Below are positions 26,869-37,500 of a DNA stretch of 45,195 bases, in pieces; position 1 is the first letter of the stretch, and the number at the start of each line of letters is the position of its first letter. The DNA lies in assembly GCA_018260615.1 (NCBI GenBank), contig JAGWDQ010000087.1, forward strand, positions 1-45,195. The letters run 5' to 3'. Position numbers and translations under genes: made by a program. The stretch is from Candidatus Altarchaeum sp. Its GTDB lineage: Archaea; Altiarchaeota; Altiarchaeia; Altiarchaeales; Altiarchaeaceae. Below the pieces are notes generated by a model that had not been told where the DNA came from, ran no database searches, and saw nothing but the letters and a program-made list of their open reading frames with translations.

Positions 26869-26986
26869 AAAATTCGGTACAATTCCGGAAATTTTTGACT
26901 GGGACTTTCCGCATAACCCGAGAGGATGTATTGCAATAGGCGTGGAGTGTTATGGAAGTTTTAAGGGCGTATTCTTTGGCAATTAA
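26869..26986 (+). pseudogene. Diverged, frameshifted copy of the 3' ~115 bp of the debranching enzyme gene
   Basis: Aligns to 26441-26558 with about 16 differences in ~110 nt including one indel; encodes KFGTIPEIFDWDFPHNPRGCIA before the frameshift. Confidence 0.85.
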
Positions 26987-27039
26987 GATTTTGTTGATTT
27001 CCTCTATAAATCTTTTGATTTTTATTTTTTTGTGTGCAA

Positions 27040-27080
27040 TTTTAAACTTGTTTAAAATACACGAACGGAGTGAGCGTATA
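27040..27080. repeat. Modular palindromic element (reverse orientation) near the downstream border of the Lamassu island
   Basis: TTTTAAAC-tt-GTTTAAAA plus acacgaacggagtgagcgtat, the reverse complement of the 22642-22663 module. Confidence 0.7.
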
Positions 27081-27304
27081 ACTAATTATTTTATGAAAGT
27101 TTATTTAGAATGTATATAAAACAAAATAATAAAGTTGGCAAATATAAATTTATTTACTATTGGGAATATAAAAGAATATGCCAAATTTAATTTTGCGTGC
27201 AATATAGAATTGTCATTTAGTTAATTTGGTGCAATTTCTTAAACTTAATTTCCCTGCACATTCTTTCCTCCGTAGCACAAGGATGTGCGGAGGATGTATT
27301 CAAA

Positions 27305-29029
27305 TTATCCTTTCTCAATTTTGAAAAGTTTATTATCTTCTGACAATTCTAAAATAAAATATTCTTGTTTATTTAATTCATCCGGCAATTTATCCTTTAA
27401 GATTGACGCCACAAACTGAATATTGCTTTTATTAGCGAGTTCAGCGATTTTAATAAGCTGATTATCGTGCATAAGTTCTTTTTTATCATTAAGAATAAAA
27501 TGCATACAAGGCATATTCTCTTCATCTGCAAAAAATACATAAGCAATATCAAAGGATGAAATTTCACCTTGTTTTTTACCTGATGCAACATTAGGTCCAT
27601 AAGGTACGAAAGTGCTAAATTTATATAGTTGCTGACCTTTTGAATTTGGTACTATGCTATATTGTAATGCATATTTTTCATCATATAATAATTCTGAAAA
27701 GGACGCAAAATGTTTATTAAATTTATTGCACTGCATCTTTATAGTATTTTCAAACTCATTAGAAAAAAGTTCTTCATTTATGGAACTCAACCTTTTATGG
27801 TACTCCTTTAAGTTATTGTCAACTTCATTTAATTGCTCTATTATATTTTTATATTCTCCTTTTAATACATTTTTTTGACTTATTTCAGAAATTAGTTTTT
27901 CTAATTCTTCATAAGTATCACTCTTTGATATAATAGAAGTTAGAATAGATTCTTCTTTTAATAAAGATTTCAGGTTGTTGTTTTTTTCCCTAATTTTTGA
28001 TTCAAGTTGGGGTAGTTCCTTCGTGATAAACTTCACTTTTTCAGATAACATCTGATTATGGTATTTTACCAATTCTTCAAATGATTTCTGTAATTTTCCC
28101 AAGCTACTTGTTGCTTGTTCATAAATTTGCCTCAACTGTTGCATATCAATATTTGATTTACTTGATTCTAACTCTTTTTTAGCTTCCAATATTAAATCTT
28201 TTCTTATATTCAATTTACTTATCTCAGAACTTAACTTACTAATTGTGTATTTAACATTATTCAAATTATCCAAATCAGTTTCAAAATTTTCATTTATATT
28301 TAGGTTTGACTTTTTCTTGTTTAATTCTTCAATCTCCCGTTCAATTAATGACAAGGTTGTCTCATATGCGGACTTTGTTTGATCTTTCTCTAATCTTTTT
28401 TTAAAAATATCTTCCTGCTTGATCTTTCCTATAATTTCTTGCTTGATACTACCTTTTGTAAAATCGCAACCAAGTAAAAAAAGATGTAAGGTCTCATACT
28501 CGGCATCAGAGGTATATCTATCTAAAGTTCTTAATGTATTAATTAAACTCAAATCTTTATAACGAATGTTGTGAGAAATTATTTGTCTTAAAGTAGGTTT
28601 CTCTGCCTGATGTTCAGGATAAAATATTTCTTTCAGTTTTTGTTCAAATTCTTCCTCTGAAAAATAATCCCCATTAATTTTTCGGACAACTTTTTTGCCT
28701 CTGCTTATAAAATTGCGTTCTATTACAATTTTTTGCGCATTCTTATCATCAATATTTTCAGTTAAGCATAAAGTAATTAAAATCGCATTTTCAATTAGAT
28801 AATTTTTTACAATAGTATATTCTTGTTTTTTGTTTTCGGGATCTTCCCAAACAATTTTTTTATTTGCACCAAAGCAGAAATCTATTAATTTCAAAACAGT
28901 TGTTTTTCCAACACTGTTTCCTGTAATTTGTCCAATGCTCTCATCAACAATTAGATTAATGCCTTTTCTAAAGTTTATGGTGCGAATTACAGATGACCCC
29001 TTTGTAATTTTGAGATATTTTAAGAACAT
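27305..29029 (-). CDS. lmuB: Lamassu/ABC-3C SMC-like ABC ATPase (LmuB; DUF2326-like)
   Basis: Walker A GNSVGKTT, long heptad coiled coil, signature-like ASGKKQG, Walker-B-like HFILND, C-terminal ELSEDNKLFKI. Confidence 0.82.
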   Translation of the reverse strand: MFLKYLKITKGSSVIRTINFRKGINLIVDESIGQITGNSVGKTTVLKLIDFCFGANKKIVWEDPENKKQEYTIVKNYLIENAILITLCLTENIDDKNAQKIVIERNFISRGKKVVRKINGDYFSEEEFEQKLKEIFYPEHQAEKPTLRQIISHNIRYKDLSLINTLRTLDRYTSDAEYETLHLFLLGCDFTKGSIKQEIIGKIKQEDIFKKRLEKDQTKSAYETTLSLIEREIEELNKKKSNLNINENFETDLDNLNNVKYTISKLSSEISKLNIRKDLILEAKKELESSKSNIDMQQLRQIYEQATSSLGKLQKSFEELVKYHNQMLSEKVKFITKELPQLESKIREKNNNLKSLLKEESILTSIISKSDTYEELEKLISEISQKNVLKGEYKNIIEQLNEVDNNLKEYHKRLSSINEELFSNEFENTIKMQCNKFNKHFASFSELLYDEKYALQYSIVPNSKGQQLYKFSTFVPYGPNVASGKKQGEISSFDIAYVFFADEENMPCMHFILNDKKELMHDNQLIKIAELANKSNIQFVASILKDKLPDELNKQEYFILELSEDNKLFKIEKG

Positions 29030-29244
29030 AGTTTTATTCTCCCATTAATAAGTTCAGCAATGTTTGCAAGATATAACCAATCTATACAAAGGATAAAAAC
29101 AGGAAAAGACATATTTCTAATCTTTTTCACTTCTTGATATAAATCTATCAGATCAAGCTTATTTTTGTTCTGTAATATTTGAATCAAAAATGCTCCATTG
29201 TAATAGATGCTATTTTCAGGATGTATATTATCAGGAAGTAGCAT
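29020..29244 (-). CDS. lmuC: Lamassu/ABC-3C middle component (LmuC-like)
   Basis: 74 aa MLLPDNIHPENSIYYNGA...LCIDWLYL; overlaps both neighbours; GGAGG precedes the ATG at 29244. Confidence 0.78.
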   Translation of the reverse strand: MLLPDNIHPENSIYYNGAFLIQILQNKNKLDLIDLYQEVKKIRNMSFPVFILCIDWLYLANIAELINGRIKLCS

Positions 29245-30196
29245 AATTGTACTCCTCCGGATTTTCAAATATTTTACAACGGACAAATGCATCTACAACA
29301 AGAATATCAACACATAATTCTAATTCATCAATTGGTATTTGCTCAAAATTGGAACTGTTTAACACTTTATTCTTAACACTATCAATGACTGATAAAAAAA
29401 TAGAGTCAGCGTCTTTATCTTTGAATTTTAAATACTCTCGTTTAATTGAAGCAAGTACTGAATTGCTTTTGTTTACGCCTCTATTATCAAATTCGGTATA
29501 TTTCTCATCTACTTTCCGGTAATACACACAATACTCTTTGATAGTATCTCTTGCATTTTTTAATTCATTAAAGGTAATTTTCCTTTCTATTTCAAAAATG
29601 TTTTCAATGTTGGTTTGGTTTGCTTCATCCCACTGCTCTTCCGATAAAATATTTATTATTGTTGCCAAATTGCTATCAAGTTTAACTATGTCAACATCTT
29701 CACCAAGTTCCTTCTTAATATACTCATAAATTGCTTTAATTTCATCAATATTTTTAATGCGAATCTCATTTAGAATTTTAACCTTATCATATATGTCCTG
29801 AGCAGGTGTGAAATTTATTTGATATGGATTTGCATAATTTTTTTGTCTTAAATCAGATGCATGTTTTGAGATTGAAATAAACTTAAAGGTGTATCCATTA
29901 TACTTTTTCATTATATCTTTACTTAATGCCGATTCAATTTTTTGTTTTGTACTTGTTGCTGATACTTGGATGAGAATTTTGTTTTTATCGTCAATTAAAT
30001 CAATAGCTTCAACATTTTGGTGTTTAATGTTTAAGTTCACTAATTCGTAACCATATACCAAGTTGAAAAAATGAACATAAAAATTTTCGGAATGGTTATG
30101 AATGTCAAAAAGATTCATTTTTCCTTTTGTTTCAATTCTTGTCGACAAAGTATTAAGTTTTTCTTCAATATAATCAAAGTATTTATTTCTATTCAT
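29231..30196 (-). CDS. lmuA: Lamassu/ABC-3C effector (LmuA) with SMEK-like N-terminal domain and ABC-3C C-terminal domain
   Basis: SENFY...LVNLN...AIDLID...IQVSAT...K (SMEK-like nuclease fold); C-terminal ILVVDAFVRCKIFENP; first gene of an effector-middle-ATPase triad. Confidence 0.78.
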   Translation of the reverse strand: MNRNKYFDYIEEKLNTLSTRIETKGKMNLFDIHNHSENFYVHFFNLVYGYELVNLNIKHQNVEAIDLIDDKNKILIQVSATSTKQKIESALSKDIMKKYNGYTFKFISISKHASDLRQKNYANPYQINFTPAQDIYDKVKILNEIRIKNIDEIKAIYEYIKKELGEDVDIVKLDSNLATIINILSEEQWDEANQTNIENIFEIERKITFNELKNARDTIKEYCVYYRKVDEKYTEFDNRGVNKSNSVLASIKREYLKFKDKDADSIFLSVIDSVKNKVLNSSNFEQIPIDELELCVDILVVDAFVRCKIFENPEEYNYATS

Positions 30197-30456
30197 GCTT
30201 TTTTTCCATCACCGTTTCAAAAACTTCTAACCTTATCATTTGATGTCGCAGTGTATTCTCATCCCTAAGTTTTAGAGATGCCTGGGTAGGCTTTTTATTA
30301 ACGATGGAAGGAATCCACGAGTATTTTCCACCGGTCCCGCATTTGATTCCTAAGGACTGTAAGTTCATTTTCGTAAAATATAAATAAATAAACATTAAAC
30401 AAATTAAATTTTTAAATAAATTAAATTAAATACGATAATCCTATTACAATTTAAAA

Positions 30457-31317
30457 ATGGAACCTTTCAGAAAGACCTGCGGATTTGACTTTTACATTTT
30501 ATGCAGGAAACTCAAAGATGAAATTTCAAACGGACGCATTGAGAAAATTTATTATATCAAAAGAGAAGAGGGCTATGTCATTAAATTTGTGGTTCATAAA
30601 CAGGACAAAAAAATTTTCTTCATCACAAATAAAGGTGCATTTGTTCATGCTAATGCTCTTATTGAAAATCCGCAGATGCCGTCAACTTTTGCGATGGTTT
30701 TGAGGAAATATCTTGAGAATAAATTTATATCGGAGGTCTCGCAATGCAACAATGACAAAATTTTGTCTATAAAGACCACCAACCACATAATTTATCTTGA
30801 ATTTTTTGGCAGCGGAAATGTTGTGTTATGCGATAACGGGAATAAGATAATAGATGCATTGGTTAAGAGAGAATGGAAAGGCAGGGCAATAAAGCCGGGA
30901 GAAATTTATAAATTTCCGGAAAACATACAGGGCGAGATGGCTAAAATGTTGAAAATGTTTTTCGGGGCATATTATCCGAGCGTAAAGGATGTTGAATTTG
31001 AGGAAGGTGTTAAAATTTTAGAGAATAAGGAAGGCGAAATTTTGGAAATGTTTAAAAATTTAATTGAGGGCAATTTACGCAGGGATTATGAAAATGAGAA
31101 AATAGAGAAGGACTTAAAAAAACTGGAATTTGTCGCTGAACAGCAACGAAAAAGGACAGAAGAACTTGGCGAGGAAGCATTAGCATACATAAAAACAGGC
31201 GACGAAATTTATCAGAATTTTAACATTATTGAGGAAATTTTAGAGAATGCAAAAAATAAAAGACCTGATAGCAGGATAAAGAGGATTGAAGGAACTAATG
31301 TTGTTGTTGAAATTTAA
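30457..31317 (+). CDS. NFACT/Rqc2 (FbpA) N-terminal domain protein, short form
   Basis: RIEKIY, PSTFAMVLRKYL, IYLEFFGSGNVVLCD, IIDAL, PGEIYKFP, YIKTGDEIYQNF; 286 aa with no recognisable NFACT-R domain. Confidence 0.75.
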   Translation: MEPFRKTCGFDFYILCRKLKDEISNGRIEKIYYIKREEGYVIKFVVHKQDKKIFFITNKGAFVHANALIENPQMPSTFAMVLRKYLENKFISEVSQCNNDKILSIKTTNHIIYLEFFGSGNVVLCDNGNKIIDALVKREWKGRAIKPGEIYKFPENIQGEMAKMLKMFFGAYYPSVKDVEFEEGVKILENKEGEILEMFKNLIEGNLRRDYENEKIEKDLKKLEFVAEQQRKRTEELGEEALAYIKTGDEIYQNFNIIEEILENAKNKRPDSRIKRIEGTNVVVEI

Positions 31318-31339
31318 ATTTTTCTCGCATAAAAACACA

Positions 31340-31420
31340 ATCACATCATTTCATTCGGAGATTTTAAAAAGGCAGAGAAATATAAAATTTTTTCCGATTT
31401 CATTTTCAAATCTCTGCGAA
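31340..31420. repeat. Degenerate modular palindromic element
   Basis: atcacatcatttcattcggagatttt and cattttcaaatctctgcgaaaat resemble the modules at 22671-22697 and 39249-39275. Confidence 0.45.
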
Positions 31421-31527
31421 AATTCCATTATTCTTTAAAGTTTTATGTTTCCTTTCTAATTTTTAATTAATTTCTAAACTTAATTTCTAAACTTAAATTT
31501 AAATTTTCAAATTTATACCTAATCAAA

Positions 31528-34500
31528 ATGACACGGCAAGTTTTTGTCAGGAAAAGCGACAAAATGGAGAAATTTAATGATGACAAAATTATCAATTCGC
31601 TTTTAAATGTAGGACTACAGGCATCGTTAGCAGTAAGCATAGCAACTGAAATTTTTGAGGAAATAAAAAATAATGTATCAGACCACGAAATAGAAATTTC
31701 AAGCAAGGAAATCAGAGCAAAGGTCTATGAAAAATTAAAGGACACCGATAATAATCTTGCCGATAAATATCTCAAAGGAAATACAACAAAGGTTAGAACT
31801 TCTTTATCTACCTTTGAGGATTTTGATGCGAATAAAATCACGAGGTCGCTTATTGAAGAAACAGATATTGATGAAAAAATTGCCGAAAGAATATCAAAAA
31901 ATGTTAAAAAACAAATGGGAAAGTTAAATCCGGAATTTGTTACAGCTCCTTTAATAAGAGAAATGGTTTGTGTTGAATTATTAAAAGGTGGCTTTGAAAA
32001 TGAAAGAAAATTATACACACGATTAGGTATGCCGGTTTATGATGTTACCTTTCTTATTGAGCATGGAAGCAAGGAGAATGCAAATTTGCAGTTTAATCCG
32101 GAATCTTTACCTTATGATGAAAAGGTTCTTGTTGGTATAAATGGAAAAATTAGGTCTGAAAAAATAGGAAAAATTGTTGAAGATGTCATCTCAAAATATG
32201 AAAATAAGAAAACAATTAGTCAGAATGGCAGGAGTGAAATTGTGGAGACTGATGCAGGCATTTCTGTTTTTTCCTTTGATGAAAATTTTAAGGTGCGTGA
32301 ATTTCCCGTTAAGGCATTCATAAAAAATAAGCCCGATGAGATTTTTGAAGTTAAATTTTCTCATGGAAAGTCAGTGAGGATAACAAAAAACCACAACCTT
32401 TTTTTTCTGATAAACGGTTCTGTTACTTCTGTTCCTTTATCCGAATTTAAAATTAGCGATAAAATTTTAGTTCCGCGAAAAATAGAGCGGGCAAAAATAC
32501 AAAAATTTATAAACGGGTATGAAAATCTTGTAAAGTCGGAATTTATCAATGATAAAGAGATACTTCTTTTCGGAAGACCAATAGACAGGTTTATAGAGAA
32601 AAACAACACGAATCCGATAAAAAAATTTGGAAAAAATTGTTTAACGCTCAAGACCCTGAAAGAACTTAAATTTGAGCCGGAAGAAGAGGAAATAAAGGAC
32701 TTAAGTTGTATAACTCACAATTCCTTTAAAACAACACCTCCATTAAGGGTTTATTATGAAATGAATGAGGATTTAGGTGCATGGTTTGGACTTATGCTTA
32801 GCGAAGGTCACTTTGGAACAACATTATTTTTTTCCAACAAAGATAAGTCACTTCACGAAAAATTCAAAAGATGTACTAAGTCCGTTTTTAAAGGGATGTC
32901 ATTAAGAGAAAGCAAAAAGAACAAAGGTTGCTATAATACGATTTTAGGTTCCACAGCGACCGCGAAAATTATTCCTGCCATTTTTGATGTCATAGACGGA
33001 AATGAGAAAAAAATTCCGGATTATATGTTTAACGCACCTTTATCTTTCATAAAAGAATTTATAAAAGCGTATCATGAAGGGGATGGAGAAAAAGGGAGAA
33101 TGAGAATAACAACCACAAATGAAGATATAAAGGGCATACTCACATATTTTTTCCTGGTGCTTGGTGAAGTTGTTGGTTCTTGCGAGCGCGAATTTAAAAA
33201 TCCAAAGTGGAAAAAAGCTTATGATATTGAAATTGCTAACGGGAAATCATCTCTTGATGTCTCAAAGTCCCTGGGAATTCCTATAAACAAGTATGAGAAA
33301 AAATCCAAAGGGTATGAATATATGTGCGGCGACATTGTAAAGCAAACAGTTGAACTTATCGAAAATCAGACAAATCAGGTCAACACAGATATTTATAAAT
33401 TTAGAAACATTTCTAACATCATCACGGAGAATATTTTGCGAAGATTTATAGAAAAAGCAAACATCATCCTGAAGAATAACAGGACATTTGTGCTTTTAGA
33501 GATGTTTGGAGAAAGTGAAATAAAAAGACAGGATGTATCAAAAATTTCTGGTTTAAATGGGACAGCTGCAAAAGAATATTTAAAACGGCTTTGCGAGAGG
33601 GGCATGGCTATTGAAAAGGAAAATTATTTTTCAAAAATAAAATTTGAAACGCATGCCATTAAAAAATTTAAGAAAATAAAAGAAAATTTAGCTCTGCTCG
33701 AAAAAATTTTAAATAGTGATATTGCTTTGGTCTCAATAAAAAGTATAAAAAAAGCCGGGTTTGAACCAACTTATGACATGAGTATTGATAGTGAGACAGA
33801 AAACTTTATTGCCGGAAACGGTTGCGTATTTGTTCATAATACAATCCATAAATTAATGGCCGACCAGATAAGCAAAGAATATTCTTTAATTAAGGTTTTG
33901 CCTTTGGATTTGGCAGATGCGCACATGAACGGGGAAATACATATACACGATTTAGATTATTTCGCGCTCAGGCCGTTTTGTTTCAGTCACGACATCAGGT
34001 TTTTCCTTAAACACGGATTAAAAGTAGATGGTGTAGGAAATCATACCGCTGTTGCAGGACCGTCAAAAAAGCCGGATGTTGCATTTTTACACGCTGCAAA
34101 GGTTTTGGCGTCTGCTCAAGTTAACTGCGCGGGCGGTCAGGGATTTTCTTATTTTAACACTTTTCTGGCACCTTATGTTAGCGGATTGCCTTATGAAAAG
34201 GTTAAACAGTTAGCACAGATGTTTATTTATGAGATGTCAATGATGTATGTGGCGAGAGGGGGGCAGTCGATTCACTATGATGATTTTATTTGGATAAAAA
34301 AAGATGAAAAATTAAAGTCGGTAAAAATTGGTGAATTTGTAGATAAAGTTTTAGAAAGCGGAAATCCTGTAAAAAATGATGGAATGGAAATTTTGAGATT
34401 GAAAGATGATACAAAAACGGTGTCTCTTGACCTAAAAACTATGAAATTTAAGGAGTTTAACATTACGGCTGTCTCAAGACATAAGCCAAAAAAAGATATA

Positions 34501-37500
34501 TTGTATAAAATAAAAACAAAAAGTGGCAAAAGCGTCAGAGTTACGGATTTTCACAGCATTTACACAGTTAAGGATGGGATTATAAAGAAAGTTAAAGCGA
34601 GCGAATTAAAAGAAGGTGATTTTGTTATAACACCTAACGGATTTGATTTAAAAGAAGAAATTTCAGAGATTGACTTAATAAAAGAATTGAAAAAGAATGC
34701 CCCGGAAGAAATTTTAAAAAACATTTATGTAAAAGACAAGGACATCAAAATTCCATTTACAGAGTTTTCAGGGAGCTCTAATGGAAAATATATTGGTTTC
34801 GGTAATTCTAAATCTGCTACGAGAAGTTTAGAAATGCCCGCTATTATTCATTTGGATGATGATATTTTAACATTGTTGGGTTTGTTTATAGGAGATGGTT
34901 CTTTCAAGGATTTTAGTTCTAAAAATGTTTATATCTTTTTATCAATCCCCGAAAGCGAGGGTTTGGATTCTTTTATCTCAAAAGCTGTAAATAAGTTGGG
35001 ATACAATAATTTAAAAAGGATTGATACAGTAAATTTATCATTTGGCTCAATGATTTTAAAAGTTGTCTTTCAATATGTTCTTAACACAGGCAGAACAAGT
35101 GAAGAGCGTTCTGTACCTCCGATAATATTTTCTTTATCTAAAAAGCAGATTATGGCATTTTTAAAAGGACTTTATTCAAGTGATGGCTGGGCATCTAAAA
35201 GTAACAAAAATACTGTACGTATTGGATATGATACTATAAATGAGAAATTAGCCCATGATTTATCTTTTTTACTTTCAGAAATAGGGATAATTCCCGATGT
35301 ACACTTAAAGGATAGAACTAACAAGAATATAATAATAAAAGGAAGATCTGTAAGAAAAGTTCAACTGATATATGATTTACAAATAAACTCTTATGAACAA
35401 AAAAGAATTTTTGCCAAAAGTATTGGATTTTTACAAAAAGAAAAACAAAATCTTGTAAATGAAATTTTAACAAATGAAAAATTAGGAAAAATATCAAAAC
35501 AACACCATACAAGGAGGTTACCAAAGGACTTGATATATGCTGCATTTAGGGATTTAAATATATGGGTTCCCGAAAGCATTAGAACATCCGAAAATTTATA
35601 TGCCTGGAATGTTGAGCGAGAATTGACTAAAATACCACACAACACTCCGGCAAGTGTAAAATTTGTTGAGGATTTGATAGAGTCACATATAGGCCTGGAC
35701 GAAATTGTTTCTATTGAAAGGACTAAAGCAAGCGAATATGTGTATGATCTGGAAGTTAATCCTAATGGAGAACATATTGAGAATTTCTTGGGTGGTTTCG
35801 GTTCAATTCTTGTTTCAAATACAGTATTTTCAAGCATTGACTGTGATATGGAAGTTTCCGAACAGTTTAAAAATATTCCGGCTGTTTTACCGGGGGGAAT
35901 AGTCAAAGAAAATACAACTTATGGTGACTTTGAAGACGAGGTTAAAACATTATTTAATGCGTTTATTGATGTCTATCTGCAAGGTGATTGGACAGACAAA
36001 GCGTTCAATTTTCCAAAATTTGAGGTTCAAATTTATCCGAAGAAAATAGACAAAAACGAGGATATGCTTTTAAAGGTTTCCCAGCTCGCGGCAAAATTCG
36101 GAACTCCTTACTACATTATTAACCAGCCATATATGCCGTTGTATGCGTGTTACCAGTCACTGCCTTATGATGAAAAGGTATGGATTATCAAAGGCGAGGA
36201 ATTACATTTAGTCAGGATTGGTGAATATGTAAATGGGTTAATGGATAAAGAAATGAAAGAAAAAGGGCATATTGAGATTGGCAGGGGATTTGAAGGTGAA
36301 GTTGAAATTGCCGAATCTCAGGATTATGTAATCTCATTTAATCCGAAAACCCTGAAAATTGAAAAGAAAAAGATCGGAAAGGTAATGAGACATCCAAAAA
36401 GAGAAATGATTTACAGATTTCATCTTACTTTTCGCAGAAGTATTACCGTAACTGCAAAACACAAACTGCTCATAGAAAGAAATGGGAAAATAATAGAAGA
36501 GCGTGCTGAAAATATTAAATTTGGCGATCGTCTGACAGGAATTAGAAACATGGGAGGAGCAATTAAGGATATGAATTTAACAATTGTTGAAGAAGAAAAT
36601 AAAAATACTGATGTCAGATATCATGAAGTTGGTGCATCCTGGTATACTAACATGGAAGGAAGTAATGTTACTTTAAAACCTGAAAGAGATGAAACAGTTT
36701 CTCTTTATCGTACTTTGGACAGATTCGGATATGATTTTGCATTCTCTAATTTATCTGTCTATGAGGTTAGAACAATAGAACAGGTTATAGGAAGTCCTTA
36801 TGTATATGACTTTGCAGATGTTGAGGACTATCATAATTTTGTAAATATATATGGAATATTTTCATCAAACTGCTGCTCTTTCCTTATGCCATTAACGGAT
36901 GCAAATACAGAAGATGATGTCCGGGACGGAACAATCAGGGGAGGAGGCTTGCAGGTTGTAACCATAAATCTCCCGCAAATTGCTTACGAAAGTAATCGCA
37001 GCGAAGAAAAATTTAATGAAATTTTAAAAGACAGAATGGAAAAAGCAAAAAAAGTGCACCTTCTAAAACGGGAAATTATAAAGAAAAACCAGAATTTAGG
37101 GATGCTCCCTTTTATGTCCCAGATAGTTAATGAGAAAGGAGATAAATATTTGGAGGTGGACAGACAAAGTTTTATCATGGGGTTGGTTGGAATGAACGAA
37201 TGTGTTAAATTTATGACTGACTGCGAATTACACGAAGATGCAGGATGGAAATTCGGACTGAAGATTATGAATGCTATGAAAGGTATCGTTGCTGATATTA
37301 GAAAAGAAACAGGTCTGACTTTCTCTCTGGCGAGAACTCCCGCCGAAAGTTGTTCATACCGCCTGGCACAAATAGACAGCAGAAGATTTCAGGATAAATT
37401 TATTGCTAACGGAAACGGTAAGGATGCTTATTATACAAATTCTTTTCATGTCAGGCCATCGGCAAATATTCCTTTGTGGAAACGACTGAGTGTTGAGGGT

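Noticed and set aside
27265-27293. Bulged hairpin TCCTCC-gta-GCAC-aaggat-GTGC-GGAGGA downstream of lmuB as an integron attC site
   Set aside because: Too short, lacks RYYYAAC/GTTRRRY boxes and no integrase is present; a terminator-like structure is simpler.
30189-30395. 68-aa ORF overlapping the lmuA start as a fourth Lamassu gene
   Set aside because: No recognisable motif and a weak start; it may be a gene remnant, but cannot be supported from sequence alone.
31468-31493. 13-bp tandem duplication taatttctaaact upstream of nrdD as an operator
   Set aside because: Only two low-complexity AT-rich copies and no similarity to an NrdR box that I can support; slippage is sufficient.
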